Below the pieces are notes generated by a model. The model had not been told where the DNA came from. It saw nothing but the letters and a program-made list of their open reading frames with translations, and did no database searches. A stretch of 27,827 nucleotides of DNA from a virus (Duplodnaviria; Caudoviricetes): IMG/VR virus record IMGVR_UViG_3300044513_004019, positions 1 through 27,827 of that record. The stretch is one strand, 5' to 3'. The position numbers and the translations under genes were made by a program. Within the stretch, counting starts at the first letter, position 1. Each line of letters begins with the position of its first letter. Of the stretch, positions 10,124 to 18,956 are shown one piece after another.

Positions 10124-13100
10124 ATGCCAATTAGAATAAATCTAAAGGAGCTATTTGGAAGCGACTCTCAAAACATCACAGCAGATAAGTTAAATTATAA
10201 CTTTAACAAGCTTTTGGAACTTGGAGTCGGTTTACCCGGCGAAAGGGGACTAACTGGTATACAGGGGCCTGCCGGACCTGCCGGGCCAACTGGTCCAACC
10301 GGGCCTGGGGGTAACAAATGGTTTGTCGGCTCTGGAGATCCAAATACTCAAACCTTTACTGGGCTAATCGACGGAGATTTCTTCCTAAATAGTGATAATA
10401 GCGAAATTTGGCAATATGATGAAGGAACTGATTCATGGACTTTATTAGTTGATTTAGAGGGTGTCGTTACAGATTACTTGACCTTAGCTGGAGTAACATT
10501 TGTTAGAGGAGTTGGAGACTCTAGTCCTGACGATGAAAGATATATAGTTTTTCCTAATCGAGGAAATGATACTACTGCAGTAACTACTGACGCAATCGGT
10601 GGGTCATCTGAAAATGACATTCTATTCCTAAATAACTTTAACGAGAAATTTTCAGTAGTTGATATTGCTAACTTTCCTGCAAACACCAACGATTTGTATA
10701 CTGCACTTGAAAAAATATTTGTAGACGGCACAAGTGGAGTTCCTGGAAGATATCATCTAGAACTAGGTAGCCTTTTTGCCGATACTCAAGGACCTGACAC
10801 GAATCTACTCAGCTCTCTTAAACATAATATAAAACTAAGACACGTAGTAGACGATTTAGGGGGATCATATCAGTATCCAAGCTCAAATGAATATCTGTAC
10901 ATAGGAAAATTTAGTTTGTCTAAAACCGAGGCACAACCAACCAGCGAACTTGATTTCAATTCCTTATTTGAATTTAACACCGCTAAATTTAATGCTGAAG
11001 GTGCATCTATAGTAAGAGAAGAAATCGCAGTTAAGTTTGGATCAACTGAAGCCCTTGGGGAATACCATACAGGTGCAATCGCAGACGGAATTAACATAGT
11101 AAATGGATCAAAAGTATTCGAGCTCGGTCTAGCTAGTGATTTTTCAAGTAATAATCAGGACATTGACGGAAACGATTACGCAATAATTACACAAAGTGGA
11201 TTGGATGGAATAATGTCGATTGGAGATTCCTTCTTTGAAGGAGGGAATATTAGACAGCTGGGATCTACTGGATGTACGACTCTAGGATCCCTATACGTCA
11301 GTAATTCCACTCAGAGTAATACTGCTGTAAATATATATGGCAATCTAGGAATCGCCGCACATGGAAATACCCTATATATGGTAGCTGGAAATTCTCCAGT
11401 TTTTGATCCCCTTTTTAGCTTTGGCCTTGGAGCAGGCCAGGAATTAAATTCAACAGGCTTAACTGGAACTGTAAGTTCTTGGAATACTCAGGAGGATCTT
11501 CCAGAGCTTATGCACTCCCAGAAAAACTCTGCATCTAACGGTAATACATTTTCAGGAGCTGGATTATGTGACGTTGAAGTATCCGGCAGATATCTGTATT
11601 TACTAAATAACCAAGTTTACTCTCAACTTACGGAATCATACGGATATTACCAGGCGAACCTTCAAATAATTAGACACGATTCTTCCCTTGGAAATTATTC
11701 CAGATTATATAGTTATCCTAGCTACACTAGTGGCTTAGAATTAGACGCAGCATGGAGAGTTAAGGCCCTAGGAAATCACTTGATTGTTGGATCAAATAGC
11801 CTAAGATACTTCGGCCATCCGACTCTTCCTAATGGGAACACCATCTCGACAACGCCAAGAAATACTTTACACATAGTAAATGTGTCTGATCCTAGCTCAC
11901 CATTTACAACCGATCAAAGGGGCATGTTGAATACTCATATCTTAGACATGTGTGCGATATCTAACAGATGGATTGCTGCCCTAGAATTTCAATGGACTGG
12001 AGTCACTTCCTCACTGACGAGTGCACCAACTGCGACCGGATATGTAGTAAGGTTAACTGTATATGAAATTCGCACCGATCCTTCCACTGGACAAGATATT
12101 TTCTACACCGCATACAGTCAGACCTTAGACACTTATACGACTACTATAAATGGTAGCACCTTCTATAATGAGTCAATCAGTAAGGTAGGTACTGTATGTA
12201 CTGATGGAAAATACATATACGCTTCCTATGAAGATAAAACCTGGGTTCTTGAAGAGGACGATGCTAGCGGCGCTCCACAGATATTAACAAGTATTATACA
12301 CACTAGTGGAGCAACATATCCAAAGTCTTATGACTCTAAAGTTGTTGGCAAATCCTTGTATCTGATATCAGGCGGAAACGCAGGTAGTGGAGTCTCGGAC
12401 AAACAATACACATCTACTGACACTTATCTTAAAAAGATTGATATCTCAGATGCTCTAAGTCCAGTAGTTGAATGGTCAGTTGAAACAGGGCATGCGGGTA
12501 CTAAATTTGAGATCGTAGGAAATAAGGCATATATTGCTCATCAATTCCTGTATATTACAGGATCTCCAAATCTTGGCATAGAGACTATTGAACTTGATGG
12601 AATCATAACCGATCATGCTAATATCGGAAGCTTAAAGTCAACCGACATTCATTCGACTGGAGAAATTAATGCAGCTAGAAACGTAAACGTTGGAAGATCT
12701 ATAAGTGTCGGAGAATCAGCCCTAGTTCAGGGAACTCTTGGAGTAGAAGGAATAGTAGACGTTGGTGACTCAATGAGAATTGGAAGAGGACTCAATATTG
12801 GAACTGGTGTTAACAGTAGTTTAGATATAAATAACGGCAAGATAACTCTAGGCACATCCGGCACCACATCAAGAATTGATGTACACGATAATAGCAGCAA
12901 CGACAGGATAAACCTGATCTCAACTACCTCGCAATCATATATTAATATAAACGACGGTAGTGGCAATAGAATAGTTCACGTATCTCAATCATCTGGCGGT
13001 GGCGGCCCATATGCGGTAATCGCCTTAGGAGAAGATGATCCCGCGTTTGATGGGGACGGCCATTATATATTAGCCGCAAACCCAAATCAAAAACTACTTT

Positions 13101-13663
13101 TTGGATCTCTAAACAACCCCTCCGGTAGTGGAGGTATTAATTACGAGTTAGTTCTACATAATGCAGGCAGCAACCTACCTTCCCCACTAACTGCAGATAA
13201 TGGATTACAGATAGTAAACAGCCTCCATGTTGGAGGAAATTTACGCACAAACGGTACAGTAAGCGTCGGAACTGTTACAGGAACTGGAGCTGCTCTATAT
13301 AGAAACACTGGAAACGGTCTTCTTGCGGCGGCGTCCTCTGATGAAAGATTAAAGCAGAATATCGAGCAAATTGAAGGTGCCCTAGATAAAGTTCTCAACA
13401 TGAGAGGAGTATACTTCAACTGGAAGGACGCTGATGACTTTTCGGCAGATGATGACTCTAGACAAATCGGTATGATTGCTCAAGAGGTTGAAGAAATCTT
13501 ACCGGAAGCCGTTATATTAAATGGAGTAAGGGATTATAAAACTATTCGATACTCTGAAATGATAGCGGTACTTGTAGAGGCAATCAAAGAACAGCAGGAA
13601 CAGATTGAGATTATGAAGGACGAGATCGCTGTTTTAAAAGGAACTTCACCCGAAGGATATTAA
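10124..13663 (+). CDS. Tail fibre/spike protein with short collagen segment, LVIVD-like repeats and C-terminal peptidase S74 intramolecular chaperone
   Basis: Nine Gly-X-Y triplets lie at 10229-10309, followed by a WFVGSGDP...GDFFLN fibre motif. Propeller-like repeats include VSGRYLYL, LHIVNVSDPSSP, LKKIDISDALSP and IVGNKAYIA. The C-terminal SDERLKQNI...IGMIAQEVEEILPEAV...LVEAIKEQQEQIE is the S74 autocleavage signature. Confidence 0.88.
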   Translation: MPIRINLKELFGSDSQNITADKLNYNFNKLLELGVGLPGERGLTGIQGPAGPAGPTGPTGPGGNKWFVGSGDPNTQTFTGLIDGDFFLNSDNSEIWQYDEGTDSWTLLVDLEGVVTDYLTLAGVTFVRGVGDSSPDDERYIVFPNRGNDTTAVTTDAIGGSSENDILFLNNFNEKFSVVDIANFPANTNDLYTALEKIFVDGTSGVPGRYHLELGSLFADTQGPDTNLLSSLKHNIKLRHVVDDLGGSYQYPSSNEYLYIGKFSLSKTEAQPTSELDFNSLFEFNTAKFNAEGASIVREEIAVKFGSTEALGEYHTGAIADGINIVNGSKVFELGLASDFSSNNQDIDGNDYAIITQSGLDGIMSIGDSFFEGGNIRQLGSTGCTTLGSLYVSNSTQSNTAVNIYGNLGIAAHGNTLYMVAGNSPVFDPLFSFGLGAGQELNSTGLTGTVSSWNTQEDLPELMHSQKNSASNGNTFSGAGLCDVEVSGRYLYLLNNQVYSQLTESYGYYQANLQIIRHDSSLGNYSRLYSYPSYTSGLELDAAWRVKALGNHLIVGSNSLRYFGHPTLPNGNTISTTPRNTLHIVNVSDPSSPFTTDQRGMLNTHILDMCAISNRWIAALEFQWTGVTSSLTSAPTATGYVVRLTVYEIRTDPSTGQDIFYTAYSQTLDTYTTTINGSTFYNESISKVGTVCTDGKYIYASYEDKTWVLEEDDASGAPQILTSIIHTSGATYPKSYDSKVVGKSLYLISGGNAGSGVSDKQYTSTDTYLKKIDISDALSPVVEWSVETGHAGTKFEIVGNKAYIAHQFLYITGSPNLGIETIELDGIITDHANIGSLKSTDIHSTGEINAARNVNVGRSISVGESALVQGTLGVEGIVDVGDSMRIGRGLNIGTGVNSSLDINNGKITLGTSGTTSRIDVHDNSSNDRINLISTTSQSYININDGSGNRIVHVSQSSGGGGPYAVIALGEDDPAFDGDGHYILAANPNQKLLFGSLNNPSGSGGINYELVLHNAGSNLPSPLTADNGLQIVNSLHVGGNLRTNGTVSVGTVTGTGAALYRNTGNGLLAAASSDERLKQNIEQIEGALDKVLNMRGVYFNWKDADDFSADDDSRQIGMIAQEVEEILPEAVILNGVRDYKTIRYSEMIAVLVEAIKEQQEQIEIMKDEIAVLKGTSPEGY

Positions 13664-13666
13664 TGA

Positions 13667-14473
13667 CTAGATCCAGGTCCTAATCGTAAACGGCAAAACC
13701 TGCTCGTCTACTAAGATATCGTATAGCTCCTCCATTATTGGAATGCTGAATGGCATACCCATTGAAATTCCCTTGGTAAAGGATATTGTGCATGCTATAG
13801 AATTTGCAATTACATGAGTGTTTTCTTTGCGGCTCATAGATGCAAAGATCACATTTCGATCTGGATCCAATCCTTTCATTTTTTGATCCTGATCGGTCTT
13901 CACAAATTCCTTTAGGGCCCCGCTCTCTGATTTATCTAATTGAATTGTTTTGACCTTCTCCAATCTGCTTCCCATCTTAAGTCGGTTATCAAACCGGAGC
14001 TTCCAAATCTCATAATCATCTGACTTTTTATAGTTAATGAGAATAAAGATTGTCTTCTCAGTATATACGTAATCGTTAGAAAAGTAAGTCTTACACTTTG
14101 ATAAACCTTCGATCATTCGATCCAGGTAATCAATCAGAAGTCTAACAAATAGGTAATTAGCACTTTTAAACACCTCTGAAACTTCCTCAGGTATCTGGTA
14201 GATTTTTCTTAGACTTTCTCTAATCTCAGCTAACCTAGGATCGTCCCAGACTGGCCTCAAATTAAAATCATGCACCATTCCTTCGACGGCTAAATTGTTC
14301 AGATTTAAGGCATGAAAAATCACCTCATTAAAACCTGAGACGTCCCCAGCTTTTAAATTTTCTCTAAATTTCTTATTTGCCGCAAGGAGAACATACTTCA
14401 TGTATTCGGCATCAATATCTCCTGCTCCCTTTGTGATCCATAGGGGATCAAGTATGTAAGATTGTTTACCCAT
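13667..14473 (-). CDS. Hypothetical protein, 268 aa
   Basis: Clean ORF that fills the gap between two plus-strand genes, preceded by GAATAAATAA. The N-terminal WIT..G.ID.EY.KY.LLA motif is reminiscent of an uncharacterised Bacteroidota family (from memory, unverified). Confidence 0.75.
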   Translation of the reverse strand: MGKQSYILDPLWITKGAGDIDAEYMKYVLLAANKKFRENLKAGDVSGFNEVIFHALNLNNLAVEGMVHDFNLRPVWDDPRLAEIRESLRKIYQIPEEVSEVFKSANYLFVRLLIDYLDRMIEGLSKCKTYFSNDYVYTEKTIFILINYKKSDDYEIWKLRFDNRLKMGSRLEKVKTIQLDKSESGALKEFVKTDQDQKMKGLDPDRNVIFASMSRKENTHVIANSIACTISFTKGISMGMPFSIPIMEELYDILVDEQVLPFTIRTWI

Positions 14474-14481
14474 GTATATTA

Positions 14482-14491
14482 TTATTTATTC
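14482..14491 (-). promoter_or_regulatory. Putative late promoter GAATAAATAA
   Basis: Intergenic, 8 nt upstream of ATG 14473. Its core AATAAATA differs by one base from the T4 gp55 late promoter TATAAATA. Confidence 0.6.
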
Positions 14492-14529
14492 TACCGAAAA
14501 AACGGGTTCAGTTTACCTAAATCTTGCCA

Positions 14530-14538
14530 AATAAATAA
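14530..14538 (+). promoter_or_regulatory. Putative late promoter AATAAATAA
   Basis: Intergenic, divergent from the 14482-14491 copy, and 24 nt upstream of the neck gene ATG. Confidence 0.6.
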
Positions 14539-14562
14539 TAAAAATGCAGATGCTTATACCTG

Positions 14563-16719
14563 ATGGCTAATATAACGCTAAAATTACTCATAAATCCTGA
14601 AAGAAATTCAATATCATTTAGTAAGAATTACAGGATATTTTCAACAGAAGATCCAGTGTGCGGAATCACGGGTTTTACTGAAATGGTAGAAGATGTTGTT
14701 CTGAATCCCTCAGGTGCACTCGATCTTTCCTATCTAAAAAGATATTTTAGGTACTCTAGAAATTCACTAGATTGGTCCCTATGGTACGAGGTTGAACCTG
14801 GTAACTTAGGATCAGCTGATGATATAATCCTAGAAGAATCCTCAGACTTCTACTTCGAAATAAAGTATGAATACGATGACGGATCTAGCGACGAAATGTC
14901 TTCTACTATTGAGATAAATGAGGTCAAACTTAGGTTTGCTAAAGGTACTTCGTGCACTATGCCAAATACCTTTGCTCCGAAGACCCTGTGTTCTGATGAA
15001 AAATGTAGCTCGATTATTACTACAACTGATCCTAGTTTTAGGCCATATCAAGTTGATAGTGCGATCGGTATGTTCAAAGAACTTTCTCTGTACACAAATA
15101 AGATATACGGTCATGAAGTTGTATATTTTAGGACGGTGCCGGAATCTGACAGTGGAGATTACCTGTTTAAGGAATGGACTCTTTTCAAGAACGTGGACCG
15201 AAAGTGTATAAAGATCCTGGTTCCTGGTAACAAATTTCCAAGCAACGATCCAAAATTCTCTGAATTCGAATTGGACTTTCAGCTGCCTTTTGAAATTCAC
15301 GTAGATAACAGATATTTCCAATCTATATTCGGTAAGAATTCTCACCCTAGACACAGAGATTTTCTATACTTTCCTTTGATGAATAGAATGTATGAGGTGC
15401 AAGGAAGTTATTTGCATAGAGGAATGATGCTCGAGCCTGTTTACTGGAAGGTCAGTCTTAAGAAGTACAACCCGAACATCGACACTGTTCTTACGGACGA
15501 CTCAAGGCAATTCTTGGATAATGTCATTCAAAGCGCAGAAGATCTATTTGGAGCACAAGTTCAAGAAGACATCAAGGACGGAACCATGCCTCAGCAGTAT
15601 GATACCATTAGCCGAAGATTTGATTCGTCAAGAAGCGCAATTCATCCCGATCTGACTTTAAGACCGATCAAATATACATTTAACCACGCTAACTTGATAG
15701 AAAATTACTATGACTTAAGTTCTATCCCTGCTGTAGATCGAATCTATAAAATAACCGGAGATTCTCCAGCAGTTAGTAATACCGTTAACTTAGAAAACCT
15801 ACCGAGCATAAATCCAGGTGATCAAGCCTCTTATAAGACCATTTTAGCATATCAAGGATCAGATGCTTTTGCATCCTGGTTAAATAACGCTCTTATTACA
15901 AGTGATAAGAATGTAAAAGGAAACGACTCTAGATTTATTAGAGTTCGAGCCCCATTTGATACCATTGAAAATCACAAAGGACAGTCAGATTCTGGTAGAT
16001 ATGTCAGAATAGAATCATATACTGATCTGTCTTATAAAAAACAAAGATCTGTGTTAACATCAATAGATTCAAACGGGGACACAGTTGTTAAGTTTAAGAC
16101 CAAGGAATCAGCTATCATATACAACGCTGAGCCCGTCTTTAACACGACTGACGTCAAGAATTTATCCTATACTGCCCTGTTCAATATAAGTTCAGGCAAT
16201 AATTCGGTTCAATTTCTGAACGGATACGATAATGAAACATCTAAAGGTCTTAGAATAACAGGTCAATTTGTTAGATATACTGGAACTTCTCCCGAAGGGG
16301 ATCTTACTATTACGGTAGAAATTAATAATACTAGTGAGTCTCACATAATCAATAATCTTAATTCTGGGGATTGGCATGCTATCGTAGTATCAGCATCAAA
16401 CGAGTTCAAACAAAAAGGGGTCTACATATATTCTATAAATGAGGATCCAGCCGATATAATAAACCATAATGACTTTATTAAGATTTATGAAAGTACCTCA
16501 GAAATGTCAGTTGCCGAGTTTGCACTTACAAATAGCAAATACTATATACCTTCGTCTAACATGTCACTTGCAAATATCAGACTCTTTAATACAATGCTTA
16601 AGGAGGATGACCATGATTTTATTCTAAGTCAGCAGTACATAAAGGACGAATCTAAACTAATCATCATAGATAACTGTAAGCCTCAGTTAAATCTGCCTTA
16701 CATCTCTAAAAACAGATAA
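14563..16719 (+). CDS. T4 gp14-like neck (head completion) protein with N-terminal extension and C-terminal LamG/ConA-like domain
   Basis: The central KIYGHEVVYF...FSEFELDF...PRHRDFLYFPLMNRMYEV...YWKVSLKKY matches the gp14 pattern (YG.dvyY...P..gDliyFP...lfEi). The C-terminal GDWHAIVVS...LANIRLFNTML is LamG-like. It lies directly before a gp15-like gene. Confidence 0.72.
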   Translation: MANITLKLLINPERNSISFSKNYRIFSTEDPVCGITGFTEMVEDVVLNPSGALDLSYLKRYFRYSRNSLDWSLWYEVEPGNLGSADDIILEESSDFYFEIKYEYDDGSSDEMSSTIEINEVKLRFAKGTSCTMPNTFAPKTLCSDEKCSSIITTTDPSFRPYQVDSAIGMFKELSLYTNKIYGHEVVYFRTVPESDSGDYLFKEWTLFKNVDRKCIKILVPGNKFPSNDPKFSEFELDFQLPFEIHVDNRYFQSIFGKNSHPRHRDFLYFPLMNRMYEVQGSYLHRGMMLEPVYWKVSLKKYNPNIDTVLTDDSRQFLDNVIQSAEDLFGAQVQEDIKDGTMPQQYDTISRRFDSSRSAIHPDLTLRPIKYTFNHANLIENYYDLSSIPAVDRIYKITGDSPAVSNTVNLENLPSINPGDQASYKTILAYQGSDAFASWLNNALITSDKNVKGNDSRFIRVRAPFDTIENHKGQSDSGRYVRIESYTDLSYKKQRSVLTSIDSNGDTVVKFKTKESAIIYNAEPVFNTTDVKNLSYTALFNISSGNNSVQFLNGYDNETSKGLRITGQFVRYTGTSPEGDLTITVEINNTSESHIINNLNSGDWHAIVVSASNEFKQKGVYIYSINEDPADIINHNDFIKIYESTSEMSVAEFALTNSKYYIPSSNMSLANIRLFNTMLKEDDHDFILSQQYIKDESKLIIIDNCKPQLNLPYISKNR

Positions 16720-16722
16720 AAT

Positions 16723-17508
16723 ATGCAAAGTACTAATCACGAAAATATCACCAATAAAAATACTCAAGACATATTTTTGAGGAATGCCACTCTTTCCTTA
16801 TTAGATGTTTTGAATAGAAAGATCATAATCGATCTAGTTAGAAATGGAAAGATAGAGAAGCACGAGGTACCATTCTTCTATAACTTTGCTGGAACTGGTG
16901 GATTTATGCAGGATTTCTTCATAGATCTTCCAGACGATTGTAAGTATCCTGAATTTGCAGAAGGAAACTATGACGTTGTGCCGAGAGGGATAGTCACGAT
17001 TAACAGTTTTGCGATTAAACCTGGGGATATAACTAACAAATTTGTTAGAGGAACATTTACGCAAGAAGAAAGAAATATTAACGATGAAAAAATTATGAAG
17101 GCCTATTCATCTAGGCTTTATAGTCTCCCTATGGATATTAAGTTCGACCTAAAAATCAAAACCGATAACCTAAACAAGACCTTTAAAATCATAGAGAAAA
17201 TATTTGACTTTTATTATAAGAACGAGGTTGTCTATTTTCAATACCGAGGAATAAGAATACCGGCACAAATAAGATTTCCAGACTCAATAACTAACGATAA
17301 GAAGTATAACTTTGCATATACTGATGACACCTATGTTAATACTTCTTTTTCGATAGATATGGAAACATATTATCCATCATTTGATGACTCTTCTACCATG
17401 TATAAGGGTAATGTGATCAGACAGTGGGGAGCTGGCACTAAAATAGATGGATCTGATACTAGAATAAGCATGGATTGGATTGATCAAGATCACCCAGAAA
17501 AAGAATAA
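16723..17508 (+). CDS. T4 gp15-like tail terminator / sheath stabiliser
   Basis: FLRNATLSLLDVLN...VPFFY...VPRGIVTI...PMDIKFDLKIKTDNLNKTFKIIEKIFDFY parallels T4 gp15 motifs (R.....f...VPi.Y...lPR...P....yeLsI......fQIvEQIlpyF). Size and synteny after gp14 agree. Confidence 0.78.
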   Translation: MQSTNHENITNKNTQDIFLRNATLSLLDVLNRKIIIDLVRNGKIEKHEVPFFYNFAGTGGFMQDFFIDLPDDCKYPEFAEGNYDVVPRGIVTINSFAIKPGDITNKFVRGTFTQEERNINDEKIMKAYSSRLYSLPMDIKFDLKIKTDNLNKTFKIIEKIFDFYYKNEVVYFQYRGIRIPAQIRFPDSITNDKKYNFAYTDDTYVNTSFSIDMETYYPSFDDSSTMYKGNVIRQWGAGTKIDGSDTRISMDWIDQDHPEKE

Positions 17509-17514
17509 TTTATA

Positions 17515-18114
17515 ATGATATCTAGAATAAAAAGCTTTTCAGAATATGTAGGAGACGGAATAATATCCGAGAACCTAAAGTATCATATTGATAACGATAT
17601 ATCAATCACAGAGTCTGTATTTAGACCTGGAAGCTCTGCACATATTAAACTCTTATCCGAGGCTAGATCATTATATGAAAGTAAGGAGATCAACCTATCT
17701 CAGATTGATTCCGGGCTACTTGAGGGGACTGATCTTGGTTTAACTGATACATATAATGGATTGGAGGTTCCGTTAGACCTGCCAATCGAGGATGCATCCT
17801 TGAATGAGGCTAAATATCAAGGCAGAAAGGTAGACTTAAATAAGCCTAAAAGAAATCCGAGCTCAGGAGCAAAGTATGTTGTTTACGTCAGAGATCCTAA
17901 AAAGAAAGGTAAAAACAAGGTTAAAAAGATAACCTTCGGGGATCAAAAAGGAGGTCTGACCGCAAAGGTTAGTAATCCAAAGGCCAGAAAAAGTTTCGCT
18001 GCTCGCCATAGATGTTCCGAAAAGAAAGATAAAACTAAAGCAGGATACTGGGCATGTAGAATTAATCGATACGCTCATCTCTGGGGAGGTAAAACATATC
18101 CTGGATATTGGTAA
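17515..18114 (+). CDS. Phage protein with acidic N-terminal half and basic DUF6321-like C-terminal domain; candidate head internal protein
   Basis: The C-terminal domain reads AKYQGRKVDLNKPKR...KYVVYVRDP...KKITFGD...ARKSFAARHRC...AGYWACR. The N-terminus is MISRIKSFSEY, and an internal SLNE immediately precedes the basic domain. Confidence 0.7.
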   Translation: MISRIKSFSEYVGDGIISENLKYHIDNDISITESVFRPGSSAHIKLLSEARSLYESKEINLSQIDSGLLEGTDLGLTDTYNGLEVPLDLPIEDASLNEAKYQGRKVDLNKPKRNPSSGAKYVVYVRDPKKKGKNKVKKITFGDQKGGLTAKVSNPKARKSFAARHRCSEKKDKTKAGYWACRINRYAHLWGGKTYPGYW

Positions 18115-18401
18115 TGGACTTACCGTTCGACAAAATAGAATCAGGTAAGGACTGGCAAATTAGAGAATTTAAATCAGACGTTACACTAGAAGATCTGAAG
18201 TGGCATCGAGATCTAGAGGATCGCTGGGTAAAGTCTACTCACAATTCAGACTGGATGATACAGCTAGAAAATTCTCTTCCAATATCTATACAGGAGGAGA
18301 CGTTTATTCCAGCTAAAAGTTGGCATAGACTGATCAAAGGAACTGGAGATTTAAAGGTCCTGGTTAAAATAAATAATATAGATGAAGACTCACGTTCATA
18401 A
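18114..18401 (+). CDS. Small cupin-like phage protein (~95 aa)
   Basis: WHRDLEDR and FIPAKSWHRLIKG resemble the two cupin motifs. The start is placed at ATG 18114 (TAATG overlap with the upstream stop) rather than TTG 18108. Confidence 0.65.
   Translation: MDLPFDKIESGKDWQIREFKSDVTLEDLKWHRDLEDRWVKSTHNSDWMIQLENSLPISIQEETFIPAKSWHRLIKGTGDLKVLVKINNIDEDSRS
18368..18376 (+). promoter_or_regulatory. Putative late promoter AATAAATAA
   Basis: Exact motif ending 5 nt before ATG 18382, inside the tail of the preceding gene. Confidence 0.5.
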
Positions 18402-18651
18402 TTATCAACAGTTTCTACTTCTAGAGAAAAAGAAGAGAAAGAAAATCAATCCAGGTTACTTAACTAGAGATGCTAAGGCCATGAAGGATGAGATTAAAAA
18501 GCATGCTGATAAGGAAGATGATGACGCATCTGCATATACTAGTGATCCCAAGGGAGGCTGGAAGGCTGACTATAATCAGAAGACTGGTAAGAAGTGGAAA
18601 ACTAAGAAGAGCAAACACACTAAGAAATTTGAAAAAATGTTTGGCAAATGA
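18382..18651 (+). CDS. Small Lys-rich protein, candidate head internal protein (resembles the N-terminal part of DUF5824-type proteins)
   Basis: N-terminal MKTHVHNYQQFLLLE is followed by KKKRKK. It also has DDDASAY and KTKKSKHTKKFEKMFG motifs. Confidence 0.7.
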   Translation: MKTHVHNYQQFLLLEKKKRKKINPGYLTRDAKAMKDEIKKHADKEDDDASAYTSDPKGGWKADYNQKTGKKWKTKKSKHTKKFEKMFGK

Positions 18652-18956
18652 TACTAAGCTTTGAAGAATACATATTGAATGAGGCTAGAAAAAATACTAA
18701 GAGACCTAAAGGTGCTCCTAAGTGGCATGATTCAGACGCGCCAGACGCAAATGGTAAATTCAAGGAATTAGGTATTCGTGCCCTAGCTAAATGGTTAATT
18801 AGAACCAGAGGCGGAGACATGAGAAAGATAACAGGTAGCTTAAATCAACAAGTTGTATTCAATAGAAAGAAAAACCCTAGTTACGCTAAGAAGATGGAAA
18901 AAGTAAGAGAAGAAGTCAAAAGACAGCTAGATAAAAAGAAAGGTAAAAAGAAATGA
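18648..18956 (+). CDS. Small Lys/Arg-rich protein, candidate head internal protein
   Basis: N-terminal MILSFEEYILNE, core WHDSDAPDANGKF...LAKWLIRTR...GSLNQQVVFNR, C-terminal KKKGKKK. It has ATGA overlaps at both ends. Confidence 0.72.
   Translation: MILSFEEYILNEARKNTKRPKGAPKWHDSDAPDANGKFKELGIRALAKWLIRTRGGDMRKITGSLNQQVVFNRKKNPSYAKKMEKVREEVKRQLDKKKGKKK

Noticed and set aside
12826-12834. Perfect T4-type TATAAATA(A) inside the tail fibre gene
   Set aside because: It is deep in coding sequence with no co-oriented start nearby, and such a match is expected by chance in AT-rich DNA.
14493-14506. Small inverted repeat CCG-AAAAAA-CGG as a terminator
   Set aside because: The stem is only about 3-4 bp and sits between divergent genes, where a terminator is not expected.
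558-17064. Short antisense or out-of-frame ORFs (61-170 aa) nested in the large genes
   Set aside because: They are fully overlapped by long coherent CDSs and have no recognisable motifs or promoters.
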